From the IMG/VR virus record IMGVR_UViG_3300020580_000015, positions 1 to 60,636 of that record: a DNA stretch of 60,636 nt, one strand, 5' to 3'. The position numbers were made by a program, and so were the translations under genes. Within the stretch, counting starts at the first letter, position 1, and the number at the start of each line of letters is the position of its first letter. The notes under the pieces were generated by a model. The model was given only the letters and a program-made list of their open reading frames with translations, ran no database searches and was not told where the DNA came from. This document shows positions 26,632 through 35,392 of this stretch, piece by piece. Source of the DNA: a virus (Duplodnaviria > Caudoviricetes).

Positions 26632-28431
26632 TTACCAGCCTCCTGTACCGTAATCGCTGCTGAAATCTGTGCCAGATGTATCCGGTATGTTTATATCCGA
26701 CAGACTGCCGGTATCTATCTGTCCAACGTTGATGTTACCTATCCCGTCCGTACTATTAGAGATGTCGCCGGCCGTTGGTCCGTTGTTGGCGTTATATGCA
26801 TTGTACGCGCCGGAGTTGTTCGCGAACGGCGTACCGCCGAATGGGTTATTGCCACTCACTCCAGTAGTGTTTCCGCCGCCTCCACCCGTAAGCGCCCGGC
26901 CAGCTGCGCCGACCAAGCTGGTGCCAGCGCCGTTGACTCCGAAGAGTCCGCCGACCACATTCGCCGCGCCGGACACGCCCGACGCTTGCGCTTGGCCGAT
27001 ATTCTGCTGCAGTTGGCTGATATTCGCACCCGTCTGCAAGTTAGACGTCTGCAGGCCCTGATTTGCCGAAGTACCTAAGCCAGCCGCACCCATCAACTGA
27101 CTTATATAGGTGTTGTAGTCCTGCATGGCGGTGCCGGTCACGTACTGGCCGATGGCCTCTGATGTGTTCGGTGTGTACGCGTTGCCCAACGCCGAAGCCT
27201 GCCGCTGAATAGCTTGCGTGCCCTGGTTCACAGCGAACTGGTAGCCCGGCATGTTCAGGAAGTTGGAGGGATCGGCAGGCTTGCCGCCAAGCCCTAAAGA
27301 AGACTGTAGCGCGGTGTTGGCGCCCTGCCCAGTCTGCTGCTGCGTGTTCCAGATGTTGTTGATGTTACCCATCGTGGACTGCTGCGTATTGATCGCACTG
27401 TTGTCCGCGTTCTGCTGCGCCTGCGCGGCATTCTGTGCGCCGTAGACACCGGCCGCGCCTTGTATCAGGCCGGGAACTGCGCCGCCGATTGTTTGAGCGA
27501 GAGTCGAATCTGTACTAGGTGCGACGTAATTTGCGGAACCAAGTGCATTGTTATTAGACGGCGCTAACGCCATGCCGCTCGATACTGTCGCGCCGTTGAT
27601 GTTGCCGTACGTTTGCGGATTAACTGCTGCCATATTGCCACTGTTCCCTTGTTGCGGACCGCCGCCACCACCGAGCGCGCCGCCTAGATAGTTCGATAAT
27701 TGTGATGCGCCAAAACCAGCGATGGCGCCTGTGAGCGCGCCTCCGCCGAACGCGCTATTCGCGCCGCTCGCCAGCCCCGAGATCCCACCAGACAGTGCGC
27801 CAGTAGAAATATTTCCGCCCGAAAGAGCTGATCCTAAAGCGCCCGTGCCGGCTTTCACCAAGCCACTAGATAGTGTGGAATTTAATCCTGTGGCATCGCT
27901 GACTGCCCCAGTCAATCCATTAGAGGCGGCGCCACCGACCGCGCCCATCGCAGCGCCCTTACCTACGCTACCTAAGGTAAGAGGCGCGCCGGTAAGCGCA
28001 TCTCTAAGTCCAGCTCCCGCCGCTCCAGCTGCGGCGCCGCCAGCGACGGCCCCGCCAAAACCGCCGCCCGCCGCTGCCGCCACGCCTGATCCGATACCTG
28101 CGGTGGCGACACCGAGACTAAGCGCGAGAGCGGCGTTACCAACAATATTGGACAGATAGTCGTCGTGTGAAAATATCTGATTGGAGTAGTTGCTATTGAT
28201 CGCCGCGTCTATTTTCGATTGCAGCGCGGGTGATATGGCGTTGGTTTGTGCCAGATGATTGTACTGATCTAACGTCAAGCCAAACTTAGCCAACAGCGCC
28301 GACTCATCGTCGTTATAATTCTTCGCTGCTTGCGGAGATAGCACCCCGTAATTGTTGTTTTGATTCTTTGAACCGGCTGGAGCCTGCCCCATAGGCGTTC
28401 CGCCATACTGGTTCGGGGTATCATAAGTCAT
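26632..28431 (-). CDS. ejection protein, P22 gp7-like, with long Gly/Ala-rich N-terminal half
   Basis: AAQAQ...PGYQFAVNQG..AI....SA.G...YNTYISQL.G.AGLG. Confidence 0.75.
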   Translation of the reverse strand: MTYDTPNQYGGTPMGQAPAGSKNQNNNYGVLSPQAAKNYNDDESALLAKFGLTLDQYNHLAQTNAISPALQSKIDAAINSNYSNQIFSHDDYLSNIVGNAALALSLGVATAGIGSGVAAAAGGGFGGAVAGGAAAGAAGAGLRDALTGAPLTLGSVGKGAAMGAVGGAASNGLTGAVSDATGLNSTLSSGLVKAGTGALGSALSGGNISTGALSGGISGLASGANSAFGGGALTGAIAGFGASQLSNYLGGALGGGGGPQQGNSGNMAAVNPQTYGNINGATVSSGMALAPSNNNALGSANYVAPSTDSTLAQTIGGAVPGLIQGAAGVYGAQNAAQAQQNADNSAINTQQSTMGNINNIWNTQQQTGQGANTALQSSLGLGGKPADPSNFLNMPGYQFAVNQGTQAIQRQASALGNAYTPNTSEAIGQYVTGTAMQDYNTYISQLMGAAGLGTSANQGLQTSNLQTGANISQLQQNIGQAQASGVSGAANVVGGLFGVNGAGTSLVGAAGRALTGGGGGNTTGVSGNNPFGGTPFANNSGAYNAYNANNGPTAGDISNSTDGIGNINVGQIDTGSLSDINIPDTSGTDFSSDYGTGGW

Positions 28432-28434
28432 GGT

Positions 28435-28878
28435 CTAGTGTTGCCCAGCAACGCCTTTAATTTTCTCAATAGTGCGCGTGATATGACCCATTCCCAACAT
28501 ACCCGCGAGCGTGCTCTGCAATAGCGGATCGTTCGGAATCGGAAACGGTGTTGGATGACCCAGCAATGTGGTCAACCATGTGAACGTCGGACCGATAATG
28601 GCAGACATCGCCAAGCCGGTGCCGCAAATCCAGCCGATGTATGGACGCCACCCAGCAACCCACCACGAAGTTGAAGCCGCTTCAACTTTGTTGATGTCGG
28701 TCTGCGCCGTGGTGACGGACTGCAGCTGCGCCATTTCTTCCTGCAGCTGGCCCGCGGCGAGCATGGACTGCAGCTGCGCGGTAGCGGCCGCAGCTGCGGC
28801 TTTGTCCGGGACAACTTTCAAAATGATGTCGCTAATCGGCTTCAGGATGCCGGCAATACCGTCGGTTATAAGACTCAT
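28435..28878 (-). CDS. holin (3-TM, GTA-type)
   Basis: DINKVEAAS..WVAGWRPYIGW...GMLGMG..RTIEKIKG. Confidence 0.85.
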   Translation of the reverse strand: MSLITDGIAGILKPISDIILKVVPDKAAAAAATAQLQSMLAAGQLQEEMAQLQSVTTAQTDINKVEAASTSWWVAGWRPYIGWICGTGLAMSAIIGPTFTWLTTLLGHPTPFPIPNDPLLQSTLAGMLGMGHITRTIEKIKGVAGQH

Positions 28879-29375
28879 GTTGGATACTCACCTGTTAGAA
28901 AATAATTCGCGATGCGCGTGGCGCGGCCAGGTTTATCGAAGCCGTGCGGCTGCACCTCTTTTGCCCACAGGCTGGCGAGTAAGTGATCGTGCACCCCCTG
29001 CCAGTCCTTTGCCTCGATCAGCTTGATCGTCGGCCCCCACATCTCGAACTTGTGCGCCATGTTGAACGCCAGCTCTGTAAGCGCGTTCTTGCGGCAATCC
29101 GTGTCGCATGATGTGAATTCCGGCCAGCTAGATGCGAGCCGCATGGCGTTCATGATGTCGGTACTGAACCAGCGGTCGCTGGTCGACTGGACTACCGTAA
29201 AGCCTTCCCACGACCGTCCCGAAGCCGGGCGTGGCAGCAGGTGCCCACGGCCGGCGGTCCAGTTACCTTCAGTGTCAAGGTACGCTACGAGAGAATCGTT
29301 CTCTGCGGCGTCGAGATCTACCGCGAGGCGCCGATCAATTGACGGATCGAGAACTGTTTCATTCGTGATTGCCAT
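28875..29375 (-). CDS. endolysin, GH24-like lysozyme
   Basis: E-x7-D-x5-T catalytic triad (ENDSLVAYLDTEGNWTAGRGH), AFNM, SLWA, RATR. Confidence 0.85.
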   Translation of the reverse strand: MAITNETVLDPSIDRRLAVDLDAAENDSLVAYLDTEGNWTAGRGHLLPRPASGRSWEGFTVVQSTSDRWFSTDIMNAMRLASSWPEFTSCDTDCRKNALTELAFNMAHKFEMWGPTIKLIEAKDWQGVHDHLLASLWAKEVQPHGFDKPGRATRIANYFLTGEYPT

Positions 29376-29652
29376 GTTGCGTTTTCCTCACCTGAGATTG
29401 AATGTCGTGTACGGTGTCTTTGATGTCATCCACAGACTGCTTCATCGCGGAGTTCTGCTGCTGGATGATGGACAGCTGATCATCGTGCTTTGCGACGTGC
29501 GCTTCAGTTTGCGCGTTCGCGTTCCTAAGATCAGTGATCTGCTGATCGACAATGCCGCCGTGGTGCACGGTCGTATATATGCTGCCGGCTGTGGTAAGCA
29601 CCACAGCGGCGGCAGCCCAAGCAGATTCCATCGTCCACTTCAACATAGACAT
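29359..29652 (-). CDS. membrane-anchored coiled-coil protein of the lysis module
   Basis: N-terminal hydrophobic helix plus heptad repeats. Confidence 0.6.
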   Translation of the reverse strand: MSMLKWTMESAWAAAAVVLTTAGSIYTTVHHGGIVDQQITDLRNANAQTEAHVAKHDDQLSIIQQQNSAMKQSVDDIKDTVHDIQSQVRKTQHGNHE

Positions 29653-29658
29653 CTCATC

Positions 29659-29919
29659 TCACTTCGGGGATAATCCACCAAACGGCACGCCGGGTTGCGG
29701 TTGTTGCCGGGGTGCGTGCTGCTGCACGTACTGATATGCTTCCACCCACGCGATAGCTTCCATGCCATCCGATTTAACGCGCCGCAAAAACTCCAGCAGG
29801 TTGCTGGCGATGTGCGGCGGGATCGCTGCCTGTATGGTAGGGTTCACGCGCACTTCTGCGTGCGGGTGATCTTTCAACGCGTCAGCTATGTGCTGCGCTA
29901 ATTCTGTGTCGTTTGTCAT
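29659..29919 (-). CDS. hypothetical protein
   Basis: GAGG RBS; operon context. Confidence 0.6.
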   Translation of the reverse strand: MTNDTELAQHIADALKDHPHAEVRVNPTIQAAIPPHIASNLLEFLRRVKSDGMEAIAWVEAYQYVQQHAPRQQPQPGVPFGGLSPK

Positions 29920-29927
29920 GTCTCACC

Positions 29928-30290
29928 TCATACAATGCCGACCCAAGCGCCGGCAGATTTCACATAGATTCTTTGATTCGCTGTTCCAGGAGTGTCAGTC
30001 CTGAAATAAAAATCGCCGTTGTTGCCGTTGGCGTTCGAGGGAGCGCCCGAACCCTGATAAATCGCCCCTGCCTGAGATGCCCCCGCTGGAGTAGCCAAAC
30101 CTATGGTCGCGTACGGACTTGCGATGTTGCCCGTCACCTTGATGCCGTTCGCCCCGATAGCATTGCGAACATCCGCACCTTTCAACGAGTTGTTGATTAG
30201 CTTACGGAACCACGTCGCATCCCATTCCACTGGTATCGAGAGAATGTTCGCGCCGTTGATGCCTGGCTTAGTTGGTAGTGCGGTTACCAC
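29928..30290 (-). CDS. small tail-associated protein
   Basis: GSGAPSNANGNNGDFYFRTD...IYVKSAGAW motif typical of virion fibres; follows gp10-like gene. Confidence 0.6.
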   Translation of the reverse strand: MVTALPTKPGINGANILSIPVEWDATWFRKLINNSLKGADVRNAIGANGIKVTGNIASPYATIGLATPAGASQAGAIYQGSGAPSNANGNNGDFYFRTDTPGTANQRIYVKSAGAWVGIV

Positions 30291-31828
30291 TTACAAGGCT
30301 CGACCATCGCGGTCACTGAAACTGTGAAGGTGGGTGATGCGTCCGTCACTCGAAATTGCATCACCAAGCTATAATACTGTCCGACGTTCCACCAGATCGC
30401 GCGGTTCGATGTATCTCCCGGCACGCCGAGCGTCTGCGAGTCATCGCCCGAAACATCAAACGTCTCACCCCAATTGTCAGAGAGCAGTAGATCTATGCGT
30501 GGCGCAACGGACGGCGTCGGCCCCTGGCCTGCCGTCACCACTGCCTCAACACGACGTACGATCTGGCGGTTGTTCGCCTTGTAGAGCGGCTGCGTCGTAA
30601 AGGCGCACACGACCGGCGCGTTCACGTTTCCAAATTCATTCTGGACGGTGTCGTCCAGGAAACCGATGGTGCCGCTCTCTGAGTCGCCGACCAGCTGCTT
30701 ACCGAACGCGTTCAGATAGCTTAAGCCCCGGTACTGCACCTCTTGGCCGTTGAGCACCGACACCAAATCGAACCACTGCTGCGTCACGCAGTCGTATACG
30801 AGCGTGCGCTCAGCGAGCGGTATCGTCAAAATGTAGAACGGGTGTCCGTTCCAGGTCGGGCCGCCGGCAGGGGACGACAGCGCGTACATACCGGGCAGCA
30901 GCCCGAACTTGTTCGCGTTCGATAGTACCGCTTCCACGTCGGCCGTCGAAATGCGCACCGGGGTCTGGCCGCTGCGACGCCGCACCGTCAGATCGTTGGC
31001 GACCCACATCACCGAGTTGTCCTGCAGTGCGATGCTGAAGGGGCACTGCGGGTGCACGCCGTACGGCATGTAGGTGTCAGACGCGGCGCTGAACGGCGTG
31101 CCGGTCGGGTTGCCGGTGTTCACGAAACCTTCCGAGGATCGCGAACCGAACATCAAGATCTCGCGGTGGTCCACACACATCCCATAGAACGGGTCGGTGC
31201 CGAACTGCCGATTGAACGATGCGGCGGTGGTGAAGGTTATCTGCGCATTGCCAGACACCTGCCGACCGTCGTCGTTGAAAAACGTGAACGAACCGTTACC
31301 GCCATTGTTGTTCGCGAGGAACACAATGAAGGTATCGACGTACCATACGTCGATGGCGCCGCCGAGCGCCAGAAAGAACGCGCTGGTAAGTTGCTGCAAT
31401 CCGCCACCGCCAGCGAACGGCGTATACGTGAAGCAGGTGTCCGTGCCCGGTACCAGAATCACTAGGCACGCCTGGTTGTCCGTCATCCGCACGAACCCGT
31501 TACCGATAATAGCGCCAGTGGATCCCGGCACGAGAGTGAACGTACCGAAACTGTTGACCGTAAAAAGATCGAACCCAACCACGGCATACACGGTGCCGGC
31601 CATCTCCCACATGCCGCGCAGCGGGTTAGTCAGACCGCTCGGCGTGAATGGCGTTAGTCCCGGCCAACGTCGTAGGGATGCCGGCTGCTGATCTTCGCTA
31701 TCGTCTGGCTGTGTCTGCTGCGCCGGCTCCGGGTAGCAGCCGATCAGTCGCTTCGAGCCGGCGCGAAGATCGGCCAGTTGATACGAAGCGAGCGGCAGCG
31801 GTATCGATTCAAGTTGCGCCTGGCCCAT
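30284..31828 (-). CDS. P22 gp10-like tail hub/DNA stabilisation protein
   Basis: RGMW, MTDNQ, GHPFYILT, TLVYD..TQQW, SDNWGET; synteny. Confidence 0.85.
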   Translation of the reverse strand: MGQAQLESIPLPLASYQLADLRAGSKRLIGCYPEPAQQTQPDDSEDQQPASLRRWPGLTPFTPSGLTNPLRGMWEMAGTVYAVVGFDLFTVNSFGTFTLVPGSTGAIIGNGFVRMTDNQACLVILVPGTDTCFTYTPFAGGGGLQQLTSAFFLALGGAIDVWYVDTFIVFLANNNGGNGSFTFFNDDGRQVSGNAQITFTTAASFNRQFGTDPFYGMCVDHREILMFGSRSSEGFVNTGNPTGTPFSAASDTYMPYGVHPQCPFSIALQDNSVMWVANDLTVRRRSGQTPVRISTADVEAVLSNANKFGLLPGMYALSSPAGGPTWNGHPFYILTIPLAERTLVYDCVTQQWFDLVSVLNGQEVQYRGLSYLNAFGKQLVGDSESGTIGFLDDTVQNEFGNVNAPVVCAFTTQPLYKANNRQIVRRVEAVVTAGQGPTPSVAPRIDLLLSDNWGETFDVSGDDSQTLGVPGDTSNRAIWWNVGQYYSLVMQFRVTDASPTFTVSVTAMVEPCKW

Positions 31829-31832
31829 CAGT

Positions 31833-32267
31833 TCACAACCAGTTCGGGCCGCCGAAGGGCCCGCCCTGCGGGCGCGAGAGTTCTCCGAGATCGCTTTCAG
31901 TGTACTTCAGGTAGCGCTTCGTCAAACGACGCATCGCTTGAAAAATCAATGCCGCCAAATCGAAACCATTCAACGGGTCCGGCGACGGCGGAATCGTCAC
32001 ACCGTAGTGCACGGAAAGCCATCCAGCCAGGATCCATTTGACATCGCCGATGTCTTCGTCTTTGAGAGGTGCGGTGCTGTTCAGCTGCGCAATCGTCTGC
32101 GGGTACCAGCCTATGTTCCCCCAACCGTCACGCATCTGCGTGAGCAGGTTGTCGTTGAGGATAGTCATCCCGTTGGCGGACTGCGTGGGCGTAGGTTGCC
32201 GCCCTTCGCGTACGACGCCAAGCTTCTGGAAAGCTTCGGTGATGATCTGCTGATTGGTCTGAACCAC
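31833..32267 (-). CDS. P22 gp4-like head-tail adaptor
   Basis: IITEAFQKLGV...G...LND; synteny. Confidence 0.7.
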   Translation of the reverse strand: MVQTNQQIITEAFQKLGVVREGRQPTPTQSANGMTILNDNLLTQMRDGWGNIGWYPQTIAQLNSTAPLKDEDIGDVKWILAGWLSVHYGVTIPPSPDPLNGFDLAALIFQAMRRLTKRYLKYTESDLGELSRPQGGPFGGPNWL

Positions 32268-32375
32268 GCGCGCCTCTCTGAAAAATATGCCGTCTCTCCG
32301 AGCTGTCACGCCTACTTAAATTGGTGGGCGTTCACGCTACCACTCACTGGGTGAGGGCAGTGGTGGTATTTCTTT

Positions 32376-32789
32376 TTATTGCACGCGGATCCAAGTACGC
32401 GGATTCACCGCCGCTCCCGAGGCCGGCTGGAAGCCGTTCAGGGTGTACTTGTACTTGATGGTGGCAGTCGCGCCGCCGGCACCCGCAGAGGCAACCGGCG
32501 TGAGGCCGGTCACAGCTGCAAGGACGCCGTTGACGATGACGTCACCAGTGTTCGCGTTCACAGTCAGGGACGTGAGGATCTGCGTGGAGGTGATCTCCGC
32601 GCACGCGCCATCGACCGGGTTCAGCGGGAGGTTGACCGTCAGAGCAGCCAACGTACCGGTGGGGTTGACCACCAGTTGATTGGTTTGCATCGTGATGGTC
32701 GACCCTGTCACCAGGGTCGCGCCCGCGTAGAAGTCGAAAGGAACGCCTACAACGTCACCGTGACCGTAACCGACTTGGAAGTTAGCCAT
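32376..32789 (-). CDS. virion structural (decoration-like) protein
   Basis: Follows the coat gene; NPTGTLAALTVNLP.NPVDG beta-rich. Confidence 0.6.
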   Translation of the reverse strand: MANFQVGYGHGDVVGVPFDFYAGATLVTGSTITMQTNQLVVNPTGTLAALTVNLPLNPVDGACAEITSTQILTSLTVNANTGDVIVNGVLAAVTGLTPVASAGAGGATATIKYKYTLNGFQPASGAAVNPRTWIRVQ

Positions 32790-32817
32790 TTTCGTTTTCC
32801 TTTGTGGTCAGGTCAGA

Positions 32818-34101
32818 TTAAGCCGCCGACGCGACTTCGATGTTCCGCACGGCCAGCTCGGGGTAAGCGAGCACGGCGCCGACAATCGAGTCGAGACGAG
32901 CCGGGAGTACGTCGTTAGACGGATCCCACTGTTGCGCGAAGCGGATGTTGTACCCTTCGAACGCTTCCGCAGCCGTCATCTTGACGAGGGGGCTGAGGTC
33001 GAGCATCGGGGGGTTCGCAAACACAATCGCGTCCCGGTACCAGCCGAGGGACTGCTTGATCAACGCGCCGTTCAAGGCCGCGATGGGGGCAGCGCCGCTC
33101 TGACCGAAGACACTGATGACAGCGCCCGCGGCCGGAACGTTGTCCACGTTCTGGTACGCACCGCCAGTGATGATGCCCGGGGCTATGGGAATCGAGATCG
33201 CGCCCGCGGTGTCACTGATGGTCGCAGTCACTACGAACTGCTTGGGTCGGCCCAAGGACGCCTTCGTCTCGGGGTCGACTTCGTTCACGCCAGCGATGGA
33301 AATCACATCGCCCGCGTTCAGGGTGGTGCCACCCGAAGTCCAGCCGTTGGTGTTCAACGTGAACGTCGAGACGAACGCGTTGCCGGCACCGGGGTTGGAT
33401 TGACCGGCGCCGTTCACAACGGGAGCTGCGGTCGCGCCGAAAGTTCCGATGACGTGCGTCGGCAGCTTCGTGTTACGGAAGCAGACGTAGCCAGCGGCCT
33501 TGTCGGAGATCACGCCTTCCAACCACTGGTCGGAAATCGTGGACTCGGGGTTGAAGAGACCCTTGTTGTCACGGACGAAGTACCGCGAGGTTTGCGGAGT
33601 CGCCGTGAAAGTGCGCCGGTCGTCTTCAGGGGCCAGGGCTTCCGTCAGATACTGCTCGTTCTGCAGCAATTGATCGTAGGTTGCCGTGGTGTTGAAGGCG
33701 CCCGTGAACTTCGGCACGTTGTTGACTTGTCCCGTGGTGAAGTTCTCGATGCCGGCCGCCAGACGCGCCATTGCAGGTTCTAGCACTTGTTCCTGGAAGT
33801 TGTTCAGCAACATCGCGCGCTCCACCGAAGTGAAGTTGATGTCGACGCCGAGCTGCTGGTTGACCAACAGGGTGGCGAAGCGCTGTACCGAGTTCTGTGC
33901 ATTCATCTGCGGACCGGTACGGAGAGTGTACTGGAACGGCAGACGGATCGAGAGCTGTTGACCCAAGATGACCCCGTTGATGGGGCCGGGCAGCAAGCTC
34001 TGATAATCACGGTTCGTGCGACCCGTGAAGTTGCTCTTGGCGTGCAGCAAGACGAGAGCCTTGCGAGCGACCCATTGAGCGGTGATGAGTGAATTTGCCA
34101 T
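32818..34101 (-). CDS. major capsid protein, P22 gp5-like
   Basis: MANSLIT, IRLP, PAM..LA, insertion domain, RLD...G...YPELA. Confidence 0.92.
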   Translation of the reverse strand: MANSLITAQWVARKALVLLHAKSNFTGRTNRDYQSLLPGPINGVILGQQLSIRLPFQYTLRTGPQMNAQNSVQRFATLLVNQQLGVDINFTSVERAMLLNNFQEQVLEPAMARLAAGIENFTTGQVNNVPKFTGAFNTTATYDQLLQNEQYLTEALAPEDDRRTFTATPQTSRYFVRDNKGLFNPESTISDQWLEGVISDKAAGYVCFRNTKLPTHVIGTFGATAAPVVNGAGQSNPGAGNAFVSTFTLNTNGWTSGGTTLNAGDVISIAGVNEVDPETKASLGRPKQFVVTATISDTAGAISIPIAPGIITGGAYQNVDNVPAAGAVISVFGQSGAAPIAALNGALIKQSLGWYRDAIVFANPPMLDLSPLVKMTAAEAFEGYNIRFAQQWDPSNDVLPARLDSIVGAVLAYPELAVRNIEVASAA

Positions 34102-34121
34102 TGATCCTTTCCGATTTTATT

Positions 34122-35333
34122 TTAGTTCAGTCCGCGCATCTTCCGAACCTGTTCGCGGGCTGACTGTTTGCTTCCTCTGTGCTGACGCGCGAATTCTTCC
34201 ATCGACATGTTTGGGTCGAGTGGATCGCGAGTCTGTGCACGTCCGCCACCCTTCGTCGGGGTGGGAGGAGGAGGCGCCGTGGTGATGGACTTCTTTTGCC
34301 CTGGTTTCGCATCGGGCTTAGAGCCGTTCTGCTTTGATCCTGAAGCGGGTGCCGCTTCTGCCTCGATCTTCGCGATCATCTTCCCGATGGTGATGCACTG
34401 TTGGGCGGGCGACTGCTTAGCGGTGCGAACCGCCAGCGCAGGATCCTTTCCAAATTCGTACAACAGTCGGGCAGTGTGCTCCGATTGAGCGACAGCAATG
34501 CCGGCGTCCGGCGCCAACTGGTTTTGAGCCAGCACCGGATTCTCAGTCACGACCTTTTTATAATCGGGATGCGCTTTCGCAAACACCTCGATTTTTGCTT
34601 CGACCGCCTGACGTCGCTTCACAGCTTCGTCCTGGCCGGTCATCTCGCGAACTGCTTCACGAGTTCCGATCTTGATCTGATTTTTTGTCCACTTCTGCAT
34701 CTTGACGCGATACTTGTCGTTGTCGAAGGCGATATCCTCGTCGGCTAAATCCGGCATGGGTTCGTCTTCGTCAGCGTGAGGCGCAGCTGCAGCGGCGGTT
34801 TGCTCGGCCGTGGGTTTACCACCGCCCTTCAACCGTTCCAGCTCGGACAATGCGTCCTTGAGCTGGCTCTGCATGTGCTTGCCAAATATCTTCGTGCCTT
34901 CGAGCAGATCATTCAGCTCTACTATGCGTTCCTCAGCAGATCCTTTCTTGGGAGCCGGCCGAGCGGGTGACGCCTCTACGTCATCTGCATCGCCAGTCAA
35001 ATCCCCGTTGGGGTCTGTTTCATCGCTGAGTTCGACGGCTGCGGTGGACGAGTCCGCGTCTTCGTCCGAAGTCCCCGCACCAGAATCGGTCTGGTCGCCG
35101 AGTGTTCCGTCTTCGTCAACGATGGGGGCATCTTCGTCGACCAACGGATCCGAGGCTGCGGCTGCAGCACTGCCTCCCGGAGTGGCATCAACTTGACCCG
35201 CGGCGACCGCAGCTACTGCGGCGGCATCAGCGACACGGGCGGGTGTAGCACCGCGAAACGGGTTCAACTTATCGTCGACCTGTTTCTGCGGTTGCTTTTC
35301 GTAATTCTCCAAATCCTCTCTCGAAAAGGCCAT
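34122..35333 (-). CDS. scaffolding protein
   Basis: Between portal and coat; acidic N-terminus, ERI.EL, HPDY, TAPPP, SMEEF. Confidence 0.8.
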   Translation of the reverse strand: MAFSREDLENYEKQPQKQVDDKLNPFRGATPARVADAAAVAAVAAGQVDATPGGSAAAAASDPLVDEDAPIVDEDGTLGDQTDSGAGTSDEDADSSTAAVELSDETDPNGDLTGDADDVEASPARPAPKKGSAEERIVELNDLLEGTKIFGKHMQSQLKDALSELERLKGGGKPTAEQTAAAAAPHADEDEPMPDLADEDIAFDNDKYRVKMQKWTKNQIKIGTREAVREMTGQDEAVKRRQAVEAKIEVFAKAHPDYKKVVTENPVLAQNQLAPDAGIAVAQSEHTARLLYEFGKDPALAVRTAKQSPAQQCITIGKMIAKIEAEAAPASGSKQNGSKPDAKPGQKKSITTAPPPPTPTKGGGRAQTRDPLDPNMSMEEFARQHRGSKQSAREQVRKMRGLN

Positions 35334-35392
35334 GATTGTCTCCTAATTACACGGCATGCGCTGCCGCGAGGCGAGTCCCACCAGACTGAAAA